A stretch of DNA of 64,000 bases from an uncultured Actinomycetes bacterium (GCA_963709425.1 CAVPWG010000005.1:216030-280029); one strand, 5' to 3'; positions 49,456 through 57,779 are shown, counted from the stretch's first letter. The notes: generated by a model not told the origin, from the sequence alone. Translations and numbers: made by a program.

Positions 49456-50013
49456 ATGGTTTCAGAGGCTCCGATGGAGGACGCGCCGGGCGGGAAGAGG
49501 CCCGCTGGCGAGGGGTGGTTCGTCGTCAACACGCGTGAGGCGCAGTGGATCCACAACGAGAGGTTCGGGGCCAACGTGACGTTCGAGGGCAGTCCCGGCC
49601 TCGCCATCGGCCCGCTCCTGTTCACGGAGCTCGGGATCAACATCCAGGTGCTATGGCCGGGGCAGCCGAACGGCTACTACCACGCTGAGGCAGGTCAGGA
49701 GGACTTCCTCGTGCTGCGGGGCGAGTGCCTGCTCCTGATCGAGGGCGAGGAGCGACGGCTCAAGGCGTGGGACTTCGTACACTGTCCGCCCTGGACAGAG
49801 CATGTCTTCGTTGCCACGAGTGACGGCCCGTGTGTGTACGTCGGCGTCGGCGCCCGCAACGTCGGTGAGGGCATCGTCTACCCCGTGTCCGAGCTGGCGC
49901 TGCGCCACGGGGTGGGCGTGACCGTGGAGGCGACCACCGGCGAGGTCGCCTACGCGGGGTCGCCCAAGACGGTTCCCGGCCCCTATCCCGAGGGAGTGCT
50001 CGCCAACAAGTAG
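49456..50013 (+). CDS. Cupin-domain protein
   Basis: ATG after AGGGAGG. GYYHAEAGQEDFLVLRGECLLLIEGEERRLKAWDFVHCPPWTEHVF is a cupin_2 pattern. Confidence 0.8.
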   Translation: MVSEAPMEDAPGGKRPAGEGWFVVNTREAQWIHNERFGANVTFEGSPGLAIGPLLFTELGINIQVLWPGQPNGYYHAEAGQEDFLVLRGECLLLIEGEERRLKAWDFVHCPPWTEHVFVATSDGPCVYVGVGARNVGEGIVYPVSELALRHGVGVTVEATTGEVAYAGSPKTVPGPYPEGVLANK

Positions 50014-50054
50014 AGGTTGGCCCGGCTGCGCGCCGCTGGCCCAGCCAACGACTC

Positions 50055-50080
50055 GGTGCCTGACTCTGCCGGTATCACGA
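50055..50080 (+). repeat. 26-bp module-end repeat, copy 1 (GGTGCCTGACTCTGCCGGTATCACGA)
   Basis: 25/26 identical to 50695..50720 and 23/26 to 51312..51337. Confidence 0.9.
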
Positions 50081-50189
50081 AGCCGTTCCTCGCTCCTGGC
50101 GCGGGTTCAGATCCAAAGCTAAGTGTGGTACGAGGTCGCGGCGCCATTGCGGCAGGGTTACGCAGGCTGGCAGCGCACTGAGGAGGGAC

Positions 50190-50678
50190 GTGACCGAGCC
50201 GAGACAGTTGATCAAGATTGCCGCTCTGGCCGACTATCCGCAGCTGGTGCCGGAGGTGGTCGCCATCGCCTGGGAGGAGTGGGGAGAGGCGCTGGCTGAA
50301 GACCCGCGCGAGCGCTGGCTGCGGGAGGCGGACCTCGACAGTCGCCTGCACGTGCCTACCTCAGCGGCGTTCGTGGCGGTGGCCGGTGATCGCGCGGTGG
50401 GCACAGTTCAGCTGCATGAGTTTGAGATCGACGCGATTCGCGACCGGTCGCCGTGGGTGTGTGGCATGGTCGTGCGGCCCGAGTACCGCAATGCCGGAGT
50501 GGGTCGGGGGCTACTGGCCGGGCTTGAGCGGTTCGCCGCAGAACACGGGGTGCCACGGCTGTGGGTGTTCACCGAACACGCGGCCGGGTTCTACGAGAGC
50601 TGCGGCTGGCAGCGGTATGGCGAGGCCGTCGAGGACGGGCAACCCGGCGTGGTGCTCACGCGCGAACTCTCGGTCTGA
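50190..50678 (+). CDS. GNAT-family N-acetyltransferase
   Basis: GTG after GAGGAGGG. MVVRPEYRNAGVGRGLLAGLERFAAEHG is the acetyl-CoA-binding motif A (R/Q-x-x-G-x-G/A). Confidence 0.85.
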   Translation: MTEPRQLIKIAALADYPQLVPEVVAIAWEEWGEALAEDPRERWLREADLDSRLHVPTSAAFVAVAGDRAVGTVQLHEFEIDAIRDRSPWVCGMVVRPEYRNAGVGRGLLAGLERFAAEHGVPRLWVFTEHAAGFYESCGWQRYGEAVEDGQPGVVLTRELSV

Positions 50679-50694
50679 ACGCGCGCCGGTTCGC

Positions 50695-50720
50695 GGTGCC
50701 TGACTCTGCCGGCATCACGA
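50695..50720 (+). repeat. 26-bp module-end repeat, copy 2 (GGTGCCTGACTCTGCCGGCATCACGA)
   Basis: Lies 17 nt after the GNAT stop. Followed by CGCTGTCC, like the left insertion junction (CGCACTCGG at 49319). Confidence 0.9.
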
Positions 50721-50822
50721 CGCTGTCCTAGACGCTGCGTTGGGTAGAGCGGTGCGTTCGTCGCGCAGGTGGTGGGGTACCGGTCAGTGGTCGCCCGCGG
50801 CAGAAGCGGTCGAAGGACTGAC

Positions 50823-51245
50823 TCAGCCGGCCTCGTGGAACCACGGGGCGTAGGAGATGCCGACGATCAGCCCCTCGGCGGAGAGCAGCCGGGCGACGGT
50901 CTGTCCCCATGGCTCCTCGCGGGGGTCGTGGACGAGTTCGAAGCCCGCGTGGCGGAGTTCGGCCGCCGCGCTCGCGACCGCCGCCGCATCGGCCACCTCG
51001 AACTCGACGGACGCCTGCGGAACGGTCATGTCCTTCGGCCACGCTGCCTCCCCGAAGCACGCCTGGGCCGCCTCGGCGAGCGGCCAGACGCCGAAGTGCC
51101 TGGCGCCGCCGATCCGCTCGCTGTGGAAGTAGTCGCTGCCCGGGCTCGCCTCGAGCGGCAGCCCGAGCGCGTCGACGTAGAGCCCGCGGCTTGTGGCCGG
51201 GTCGGGCGCAATGACGGCGAAGCTGGCGATGAACTCGATGTCCAT
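50823..51245 (-). CDS. VOC-family (glyoxalase/bleomycin-resistance/dioxygenase fold) protein
   Basis: 140 aa. ATG after GGAGGA. FAVIAPDPATSRGLYVDALGLPLE...FEVADAAAVASAAAELRHAGFELVHDPREEPWGQ is a typical VOC pattern. Confidence 0.8.
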   Translation of the reverse strand: MDIEFIASFAVIAPDPATSRGLYVDALGLPLEASPGSDYFHSERIGGARHFGVWPLAEAAQACFGEAAWPKDMTVPQASVEFEVADAAAVASAAAELRHAGFELVHDPREEPWGQTVARLLSAEGLIVGISYAPWFHEAG

Positions 51246-51311
51246 GGGATCCTCCGATCATGGTGCTCCATGCCTCCTAGAGACGGTAGCCGGTTGGCCG
51301 TCCGGATCGCC

Positions 51312-51337
51312 GGTGCCTGAGCCTGCCGATATCACGA
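51312..51337 (+). repeat. 26-bp module-end repeat, copy 3 (GGTGCCTGAGCCTGCCGATATCACGA)
   Basis: Abuts the resumption of the response-regulator reading frame (AGCCCTTCCAC = K)PFH). Confidence 0.9.
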
Positions 51338-51612
51338 AGCCCTTCCACTATCCCGAGCTCCTGGCCCGGATCGGAGCCGTGCTGAAGCGCGTAACCCGCG
51401 CACGCGACGCCCACCAGCTGTCCTATGGCGATCTGGCCGTCAACATCCTGTCGCGCGAGGTCACCGTGGCGGGCATGCGAGTCGAACTCTCGGCGAAGGA
51501 GTTCGCCCTGCTCGCGACCCTCGCGGGCGACCCCGACCGCGTCTTCACAAAACGCGAGCTGCTTCAGATGGTGTGGGATTTCCGAAGCCCCGGCAAGACA
51601 CGGACGGGTTAG
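51331..51612 (+). pseudogene. OmpR-family response regulator, 3' part (linker + winged helix), also 3'-truncated
   Basis: ITKPFHYPELLARIGAVLKRV...LSYGDLAVNILSREVTVAGMRVELSAKEFALLATLAGDPDRVFTKRELLQMVW, then a stop after ...GKTRTG. The usual RTVDxHxxRLRxKL...GxGY tail is missing. Confidence 0.75.
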
Positions 51613-51720
51613 GAGATAAGGGTGGTCGAAACCGGCCTCTCGGCGTTCGGATGGCTCGCGTATGTGGGCAAACGTGAGGTTCTGGCGAGTCAGCTGTCGA
51701 TCGGCGATCTGCGGACGGCT

Positions 51721-52026
51721 TTACCTACCGGACTGCAGTTCCCAGGCGCCGATGACGGCATCTTCGATGGCATCTGCATCTCCGTTCCCGAGGTCGGCGA
51801 CCACCATCATGTGCTTGACGTAGCGCCGTGGTACCGAGAACGTCTCAGGGAACGACTGGAGCAGGAAATCCCGGGAGTCGAACGACGCACGAATCACGAC
51901 GTGACTGTCGTCGAGTTGCCGGGCGACCAAGCGGCCACGATACCGCCAGTCGAGCAAGCCGTTCCGGCGTCGCTCGGTGACACGATCAAGCTGGGAGACC
52001 AAGCGGCTGAGTTCGACGAGCCGCAT
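51721..52026 (-). CDS. MmcQ/YjbR-family protein
   Basis: 101 aa from MRLVELSRLV. ...WRYRGRLVARQLDDSHVVIRASFDSRDFLLQSFPETF...HMMVVADLGNGDADAIEDAVIGAWELQ parallels the YjbR fold pattern. Confidence 0.55.
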   Translation of the reverse strand: MRLVELSRLVSQLDRVTERRRNGLLDWRYRGRLVARQLDDSHVVIRASFDSRDFLLQSFPETFSVPRRYVKHMMVVADLGNGDADAIEDAVIGAWELQSGR

Positions 52027-52483
52027 CAGGTCATGTTCGCACGTTCCTCCACCATCCGGGCGGTGCGCCCGCCACGACGGCATACCCCTCCTCGACGCAG
52101 CCCAGCGGCGCGCCCCGGCCCGACCGTGACCCTGCCCATCTAGCACGATTAGGCGACGCTTGGAAGGCCGCTCAAGCCCCGGCCCACACCCGACGATGCC
52201 CCACTCACCGGTAGACCCTGAGAAGCCCACCGGAGCGGGCCTGAGAAACCCGACTTGCACGAGCCGCAGCGGCCCCACGGGACCGCTGCGGCTCGCGCAC
52301 CCGCACCGTCGCCGCCGACCCGGAAGGTGCCTCCCCCTCGACCCCCGCGTGGACCCGAAGCAGGCTCCGACTCGGGGTGTGCGAGCCCCTGGAATACCGC
52401 GTCGCCGCGTAGGCTGTGTTGTTCGGCGAAACGAGCGGGCGGGGTAACAGGGAGACGAACCGCACCTCAGACTGGAGGCAGAG

Positions 52484-53230
52484 ATGGCGGAGCACACGAT
52501 CGGCACGCAGGAGGAGTGGCAGGCGGAGCGCGACGAGGTGCTGAAGGAGGAGAAGGAGCTCACGCGCCGGAGTGACGAGTTAGCCGCGAAGCGGCGACGC
52601 CTGCCGTGGGTCCCGGTCGAGAAGGATTACCGGTTCGAGACCGAGCAGGGCGAAAAGAGCCTCGCCGACCTCTTCGATGGCCGAAGCCAGCTCATGGTCT
52701 ACCACTTCATGTTCGGGCCGTCCTACCAGGCGGGATGCCCGGCGTGCTCCTCGATCGCGGACACTCTCGCCCCACAGGTGCCGCACCTCCAGGCGAGGGA
52801 CACCACACTGCTGCTCGCGTCACGAGGGCCGCTCGCGAAGCTGATCGCCTACGGCGACCGGATGGGCTGGGACATCGACTGGGTCTCGAGCGGCGGCAGC
52901 GAGTTCAACCGCGACCTCGGCTTCGCCCACACGGAGGATGAGCTGAAGCCATTTCTCGAGGGCGAGATCGCGGCCACCATCGTCCAGAACGCGGAGATGT
53001 GCGGAACGAGCCCCGGCGGCTACGTGGCGGAGGGGCCGGGCCTGAGCGTGTACACGCTCGCGGACGGGCTCGTCTACCGCACGTATGTCAGCACCGCACG
53101 CGGCCTCGAGCCTGCGATGGCCTACTACGCCCTGCTCGACCGCACGCCAAAGGGTCGCGACGAGACCGGCACCAAGCCCCATTGGCTGCGCCGCCACGAC
53201 GAGTACGAGTCGAGCATGCCGGCGGTGTGA
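52484..53230 (+). CDS. DUF899 thioredoxin-like protein
   Basis: EEWQAERDEVLKEEKELTRRSDELAAKRRRLPWVPVEKDYRFE...LFDGRSQLMVYHFMFGPSYQAGCPACS...RMGWDIDWVSS. Confidence 0.85.
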   Translation: MAEHTIGTQEEWQAERDEVLKEEKELTRRSDELAAKRRRLPWVPVEKDYRFETEQGEKSLADLFDGRSQLMVYHFMFGPSYQAGCPACSSIADTLAPQVPHLQARDTTLLLASRGPLAKLIAYGDRMGWDIDWVSSGGSEFNRDLGFAHTEDELKPFLEGEIAATIVQNAEMCGTSPGGYVAEGPGLSVYTLADGLVYRTYVSTARGLEPAMAYYALLDRTPKGRDETGTKPHWLRRHDEYESSMPAV

Positions 53231-53243
53231 GCCGCCGGTACCC

Positions 53244-53990
53244 TCACCCGCCCATGTTCATCTGCATCGAGGGCGAGCCGGTGGGGTCGGTCAGCCCAGG
53301 CACGGTCGCCGGCGAGACGGCGACCCACACTCCGAGGGCGATGAGCGCCACTGCGACAACGGGCGCGAGCCGCGGGCCCGTTGGCAGAACCTTCTCGGCG
53401 AAGATCACGACGGTCGCGACGGCCATCCACAGCAGGCTCATCACGCCCAGCACGAAGAGCACCGCCATCAGCGCCCCGGAACAGCCGACGCAGTCGCGGC
53501 CGTGCGCGATGCCGCTCCGGAACGCGCCCCCAGGCGGAGCGCTGCGACAGCGGCGCAGGCTCACCCGCTTGACCGGCGTCAGCTCATAGAGGCCCGCAGC
53601 GACGATCACGCCGCCCGCCACATACGGGCCGGACCGATCCCAGGCCAACAGGCCGATGTCGAGCGAGCCCACGAACCGGTAGGCGGCGTAGGCCAGGATG
53701 CCGTAGACCGTCCAGACGGCCAGATACCCGGCCGCGAAGAGCAGCGTCGGAACCTGAGAGGCGCGCCGCGCGACGTGTCGTGCCGCCGGCGCCGCCGTGG
53801 GCAGCATCATCGCCGCGGTCATCGTGACCCAGACGCCGAGGTACCAGCCGAGCCCGCCGAGGTCCGTGCCCGGGCCGTCGTCCATGCCGCGCATCCGATC
53901 GATCGTGACCGCCCACGCGGCGAGCGCTCCGGCGACGAGCGCGAGCGTCGTCCGGTTCCGGGGCGTGAGGCGCTCCGTCATCCAGGTCAT
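53244..53990 (-). CDS. DUF2182 predicted metal-binding membrane protein
   Basis: From MTWMTERL. WYLGVWVTMTAAMMLPTAAPA and C-terminal CVGCSGALMAVLFVLGVMSLLWM are characteristic. Confidence 0.7.
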   Translation of the reverse strand: MTWMTERLTPRNRTTLALVAGALAAWAVTIDRMRGMDDGPGTDLGGLGWYLGVWVTMTAAMMLPTAAPAARHVARRASQVPTLLFAAGYLAVWTVYGILAYAAYRFVGSLDIGLLAWDRSGPYVAGGVIVAAGLYELTPVKRVSLRRCRSAPPGGAFRSGIAHGRDCVGCSGALMAVLFVLGVMSLLWMAVATVVIFAEKVLPTGPRLAPVVAVALIALGVWVAVSPATVPGLTDPTGSPSMQMNMGG

Positions 53991-54117
53991 CCTGCTCTCC
54001 TTCCCGCGTTGCTCGCTCTCTAGACCTGCCGGAGCGCGAAAACTCATCGCCGATGAGTTTTCGGGGTATCACCGGTCTCATCTGGTACTCCGGTAGTCCA
54101 CGAGGAGGGGATCTGAG

Positions 54118-54856
54118 ATGTCGGAGCACACGAATCGGAACTCGCGAGGAATGGCAGGCGGCCCGGGACGAGCTCGCGAAGCTTGAGGCCGATCAGGCAG
54201 TGCGGAACGAGGAGGTCAAGCGGAAGCGGCTCGAGCTTCCCTGGGTGCCGGTCGAGAAGGAGTACGAGTTCGACACCGACGACGGCAAGAGGACGCTGGC
54301 CGACCTCTTCGACGGGCGCTCGCAGCTGCTCGCCTACAACGTCATGTTCGGCCCCGACTACACGCTCGGCGCCTGCCCGGGCTGTACCAGCCTGGCCGAC
54401 GGGCTCGAGGGGTCGCTCGTCCACCTGAACCACCGCGACGTGACCCTGATCTGCTTCTCGCGGGCGCCGATCGAACGGCTGACCGCCTACAAGCGGCGCA
54501 TGGGGTGGGAGTTCCCGTACGTGTCTACCTACGACACCGACTTCGCATTCGACTTCGGCCTCGCGCTCACCGACGAACAGGCACAGGCCGTCCCCGAGAT
54601 CACACAGATGGTCGAGAACCCGCCCGAGTGGCTCGAGGAGTGGTCAGGCCAGATCGGGGCCGAGCTGAAGGACGGGCTGCGCGAGAACCCCAGCTGGATC
54701 GCCTTCGCACGCGAGAACGGCACCGTCTACCACACCTACACGGTCTCGGCGCCCGACCCGTTCGTCGCGCCGTACTTCATGTTCCTGGAGGAGCGGATGC
54801 CGAAGCCGGGACCGGACGAGCCGCGGATGTGGCGGAAGGACGAATACCCGGATTGA
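54118..54856 (+). pseudogene. DUF899 thioredoxin-like protein (paralogue), 1-nt frame break after codon 5
   Basis: ATG 54118 after GAGGAGGGG reads MSEHT. The body (IGTREEWQAARDELAKLEA...LPWVPVEKEYEFD...LFDGRSQLLAYNVMFGP...CPGCT) is in the next frame; removing one A from ACGAATCGG joins them. Confidence 0.8.
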
Positions 54857-54889
54857 CGGCGTCGACCGCGAACCGACGCGGGCCCTCGG

Positions 54890-56395
54890 CTAGGCCGACG
54901 CGGCCAGCGCGCGGGCGCGGTCCAGCAACGCCGCCTCCGCCGCCGCCTCTCGCTTGCATGCGCTGTCGCTCCAGTCCGTGTGGGCCGTGAGCGCCTCGTC
55001 GATGTCGGCGAGCATCGCGTCGATCGCCGACTCGGATGATGAGCCGGTCTGCCGACGTGCGGCAGCGCAGGCGGCCGGGTCGAGCGCGTCGCCGAGCGCC
55101 GCGCGGTCGATCATCACCGGCCGGCCGATGACGGCCTCCGCCGCGGCGGAGAGGCGCTCGGGCGTCAGCGCCGAGGGCGAGTCGCCCGCATCGACCAGCT
55201 CGCGGACGGCGCCGCCGACGACCTTGTGCGCGCTGCGGTAGTCGAGCTCCCCCGACAGCGCCAGCACGTCGGCGACGTCGGCCGCGGTGATGAAGCTCTG
55301 GCGAGCGATCTCGCCGAACCGCTCGGGCCGAAGCTCGATCCCATCGATTACCGACGCGGTGAGCCGGGCGATCGCGACCGCCGCGTCGAGCGCGCGCGGC
55401 ACCGCGCCGTTCAGCAGATGGAAGTGATCGGTGCGAGCCGAGCCGGTGTGCAGCGCGGCCAGCGCGGCGGCGAGATCTCCGGCCGCCTGGCCGGCCTGCG
55501 TACGAATGGCGGCGAGGGCGTAGGGGTTCTTCTTCTGCGGCATGAGCGCGCTGGCGCGGCTGTGTGCATCGGCGAGCTCCACGAGACCGAACTCCTGGCT
55601 TGCGTAGATCTCGAAGTCCTGGCCGAGCTGCGACTGGTGCGTCGCGGCGATCGCAAGCGCCGCCAGCAGCTCGAGGTACACGTCGGCCTGCCAGGCGGCG
55701 TCCTTCGCGTGGTCGACGAGCGTCTCGCAGCCGAGCAGCTCCGCAAGCCGACGGCGGTCGAGCGACCAGCGGGAGCCGGCGCTGCCGCCGGCACCAGCGA
55801 CGCTCGCGCCGAGCGACACATGCAATCCGCGGGCACGGTCGGCGTCTCGGAGCGCGGGGAACGCGTAGGCGAGCAGCAGGTGGCCGACGGTCGTCGGCTG
55901 CGCCGGCTGCAGATAGGTGTAGTCGGTCGCGAGCGCGGTCTTCGTCGCCCGAGCGTGAGCAGCAAGCCCCGCCGCCTGCTCGACGAGCGCGTCGTGGAGC
56001 TCGCGGACGCCGTGGCGCGCGGTAAGTCGCAGCGCAACCCGGAACGCCTCGCGCCGGGGACGGCCCGCGCTCAGCCATCCGGCGGCGGAGCGGCCGACGC
56101 GACGCTCGAGCTCGGCCTCGCGGGCGTTGAACGCATCGCCAAGCGCCGGATCCCACGGGAACTCCTCCCCCGGGATCGCCTGCAACTCGAGCAGCCCGCG
56201 CAGGAGCGACCGCCCGTCGTTACCCGAAAGGTCGCCACCCTCGACCAGCGCCACCGCATGCGCGAGGTCGGCCAACGACAGCCCACGCGCCAGCCGAGGG
56301 CCGTGTGCGCTCTCCGCGGCGTACGCCGCGACCACCAGTTCCCCCGCGGCGCCGCCACGGAGCCGCCCGCGGCGTCCCAGTTCCTCCGGTTCCAT
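54890..56395 (-). CDS. Argininosuccinate-lyase-like enzyme (fumarate lyase superfamily)
   Basis: From MEPEELGRRG. TYLQPAQPTTVGH and the signature SALMPQKKNP (GSxxMxxKxN). The overlapping same-strand, other-frame ORF 54777..56156 and antisense ORF 55226..57097 are judged shadows. Confidence 0.8.
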   Translation of the reverse strand: MEPEELGRRGRLRGGAAGELVVAAYAAESAHGPRLARGLSLADLAHAVALVEGGDLSGNDGRSLLRGLLELQAIPGEEFPWDPALGDAFNAREAELERRVGRSAAGWLSAGRPRREAFRVALRLTARHGVRELHDALVEQAAGLAAHARATKTALATDYTYLQPAQPTTVGHLLLAYAFPALRDADRARGLHVSLGASVAGAGGSAGSRWSLDRRRLAELLGCETLVDHAKDAAWQADVYLELLAALAIAATHQSQLGQDFEIYASQEFGLVELADAHSRASALMPQKKNPYALAAIRTQAGQAAGDLAAALAALHTGSARTDHFHLLNGAVPRALDAAVAIARLTASVIDGIELRPERFGEIARQSFITAADVADVLALSGELDYRSAHKVVGGAVRELVDAGDSPSALTPERLSAAAEAVIGRPVMIDRAALGDALDPAACAAARRQTGSSSESAIDAMLADIDEALTAHTDWSDSACKREAAAEAALLDRARALAASA

Positions 56396-56558
56396 TCGCG
56401 AGAGCCTAGAGGACGCTGGGGCCGATCCCCGGCTGGACTTGTCCCCTTCCGTGATGCTCGTTCGTCGTCCTGGCGCACCCAATACGTCAATCCTGGAGGA
56501 GCGATCATGCACGCAGCCGCGGCCGTGTCGGAGGGAACGGAAGCCGGGCTTGCTCTTG

Positions 56559-56724
56559 TCGATCAACGGGTACCAGTACTTCCACTCGACACGTGCCGAC
56601 CTGCTCCGCCGCCTCGGCCGGGCCGACGAGGCGGGCACCGAGTACGAGCGCGCGCTCGAGCTTGCGCGCAGCGAGCCCGAACGCCGCTTTCCTGCGGCGG
56701 CGGCTCACCGAAACGGGCCGGTGA
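56559..56724 (+). pseudogene. 3' fragment of an ECF-type sigma-factor gene (DUF6596-type tail)
   Basis: YQYFHSTRADLLRRLGRADEAGTEYERALELARSEPERRF, and after a 1-nt correction LRRRLTETGR*. This is the conserved C-terminal tail of SigJ-like ECF sigma factors; no sigma-2/sigma-4 regions lie upstream. Confidence 0.45.
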
Positions 56725-56733
56725 GGGTGCTGC

Positions 56734-57483
56734 TCACCAGATGCTGCCGAGCGCGACGGTGACCGCCTCGCCGTTGACCCCGGAGGCGGTGTCGCCGCAC
56801 AGAAAGACGATCACCTCCGCCACCTCACGCGCCGTCAGCACTCGGCCCGGCGGATACGAGGCGGCCCGCTCGGCCCACACCCGATCGGTCGTCATCCCAC
56901 GGCGCTCGGCCTCGGCACGCGCTGACCGCTCGGCCATCTCGGTGCGCACCCAGCCGGGCAGGACGGCGTTCGAGCGGACGCCGAACGGGCCGGCGTCCTG
57001 GGCGACGGCCCGCATCAACCCGAGCAGCCCATGCTTCGAGGCCGTGTACGCGCTGCCGGCGTGCTCGGCCACCTGCCCGGCCGTCGAGCTGGTGTAGACG
57101 ACGCTGCCGGCGCCGCGCTCGACCATCCCCCCGACCACCAGCCGCGACAGCTCGAACGGCGCGTCGAGGTTGACGCGCATCGTCTCGCGCCACACCTCGG
57201 GGTCCTGCTCCCAGATCACCCGCTCGTGGGCCGACCCGATGCCGTGGTTCACGACCAGCACGTCGATCGGGCCCAGCCGCCGCTCCGTCTCGGCCACGAG
57301 TCGTTCGCATTCACCCGCGGCCCCCAGGTCGGCCGCGACGTGGTCAAGCCCGACCGCGGCCAGCTCCGGCTCGCTGCGAGCCGTGATCATCACGCGCGCA
57401 CCCGCATCGGCCAGGAGCAGCGCCGCCTCGCGGCCGATCCCCCGACCCCCTCCGGTGACCAGCGCCACCCGACCTTCCACCAT
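56734..57483 (-). CDS. SDR-family oxidoreductase (FabG-like)
   Basis: TGGGRGIGRE cofactor motif, NHGIG, catalytic SSTAG...YTASKHG (S...YxxxK). Confidence 0.9.
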   Translation of the reverse strand: MVEGRVALVTGGGRGIGREAALLLADAGARVMITARSEPELAAVGLDHVAADLGAAGECERLVAETERRLGPIDVLVVNHGIGSAHERVIWEQDPEVWRETMRVNLDAPFELSRLVVGGMVERGAGSVVYTSSTAGQVAEHAGSAYTASKHGLLGLMRAVAQDAGPFGVRSNAVLPGWVRTEMAERSARAEAERRGMTTDRVWAERAASYPPGRVLTAREVAEVIVFLCGDTASGVNGEAVTVALGSIW

Positions 57484-57569
57484 TCACCTCCCACAGTCGC
57501 CGCTCCTCCGCCAGATCATCGCAGCCCCGCCGCGGGCGCAGGGGTCGCCGACCGCGTACACTCCCCACC

Positions 57570-57779
57570 ATGGCATGGCTCGACCAGCTTATGGATCGCC
57601 TGACCAAGCGGGGGACGAAGGTCGTCGCCACCGGCCATCCACCGGGGGATACGACTCCCCCCACAGGTTCGGGCGAGCTGTCCGAAGAGCTCGAGGCGGA
57701 CTACGGGCCGGACTCTGCCGCGGCGGAGCCGCCCGCCGCCGCCGACGACCGCACCGCCGACGAGCCGGACAGCACGTAG
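57570..57779 (+). CDS. Hypothetical small acidic protein
   Basis: 69-aa ORF only; low-complexity P/A/D/E-rich tail. Confidence 0.25.
   Translation: MAWLDQLMDRLTKRGTKVVATGHPPGDTTPPTGSGELSEELEADYGPDSAAAEPPAAADDRTADEPDST

Larger units (their letters stand above)
49319..51337. mobile_element. 2.0-kb modular insertion (three single-gene cassette-like units) inside the response-regulator gene
   Basis: Joining 49318 to 51338 restores gtc acg a|ag ccc ttc (VTKPF) in frame. The insert holds three independent genes, and each unit ends with the same 26-mer. Confidence 0.55.

Noticed and set aside
50058-50167. attC-like imperfect inverted repeat: GCCTGACTCTGCCG (50058..50071) versus CGGCAGGGTTACGCAGGC (50150..50167), with GCCTGAC resembling RYYYAAC and GTTACGC resembling GTTRRRY
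   Set aside because: Neither half matches the integron consensus exactly. The partner arm is not found after copies 2 and 3. No intI-like gene was found, and both ends of the array lie in one interrupted gene, which integron arrays do not do. Kept only as an analogy.
50055-51337. Could the three 26-bp repeats be a CRISPR array?
   Set aside because: Spacing is 617-640 bp, and each interval contains a complete gene with its own SD. The repeats are not palindromic, and no cas genes are present.
54777-57097. Very long ORFs overlapping real genes in other frames or antisense (e.g. 54777..56156, 55226..57097; also 1692..3032, 1988..3364, 59857..62274, 42828..44168, 40217..41650)
   Set aside because: The translations are Arg/Pro/Gly/Ala-rich and low-complexity, as is typical of off-frame reading in high-GC DNA. 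In each case the opposite strand or another frame has clear family motifs.
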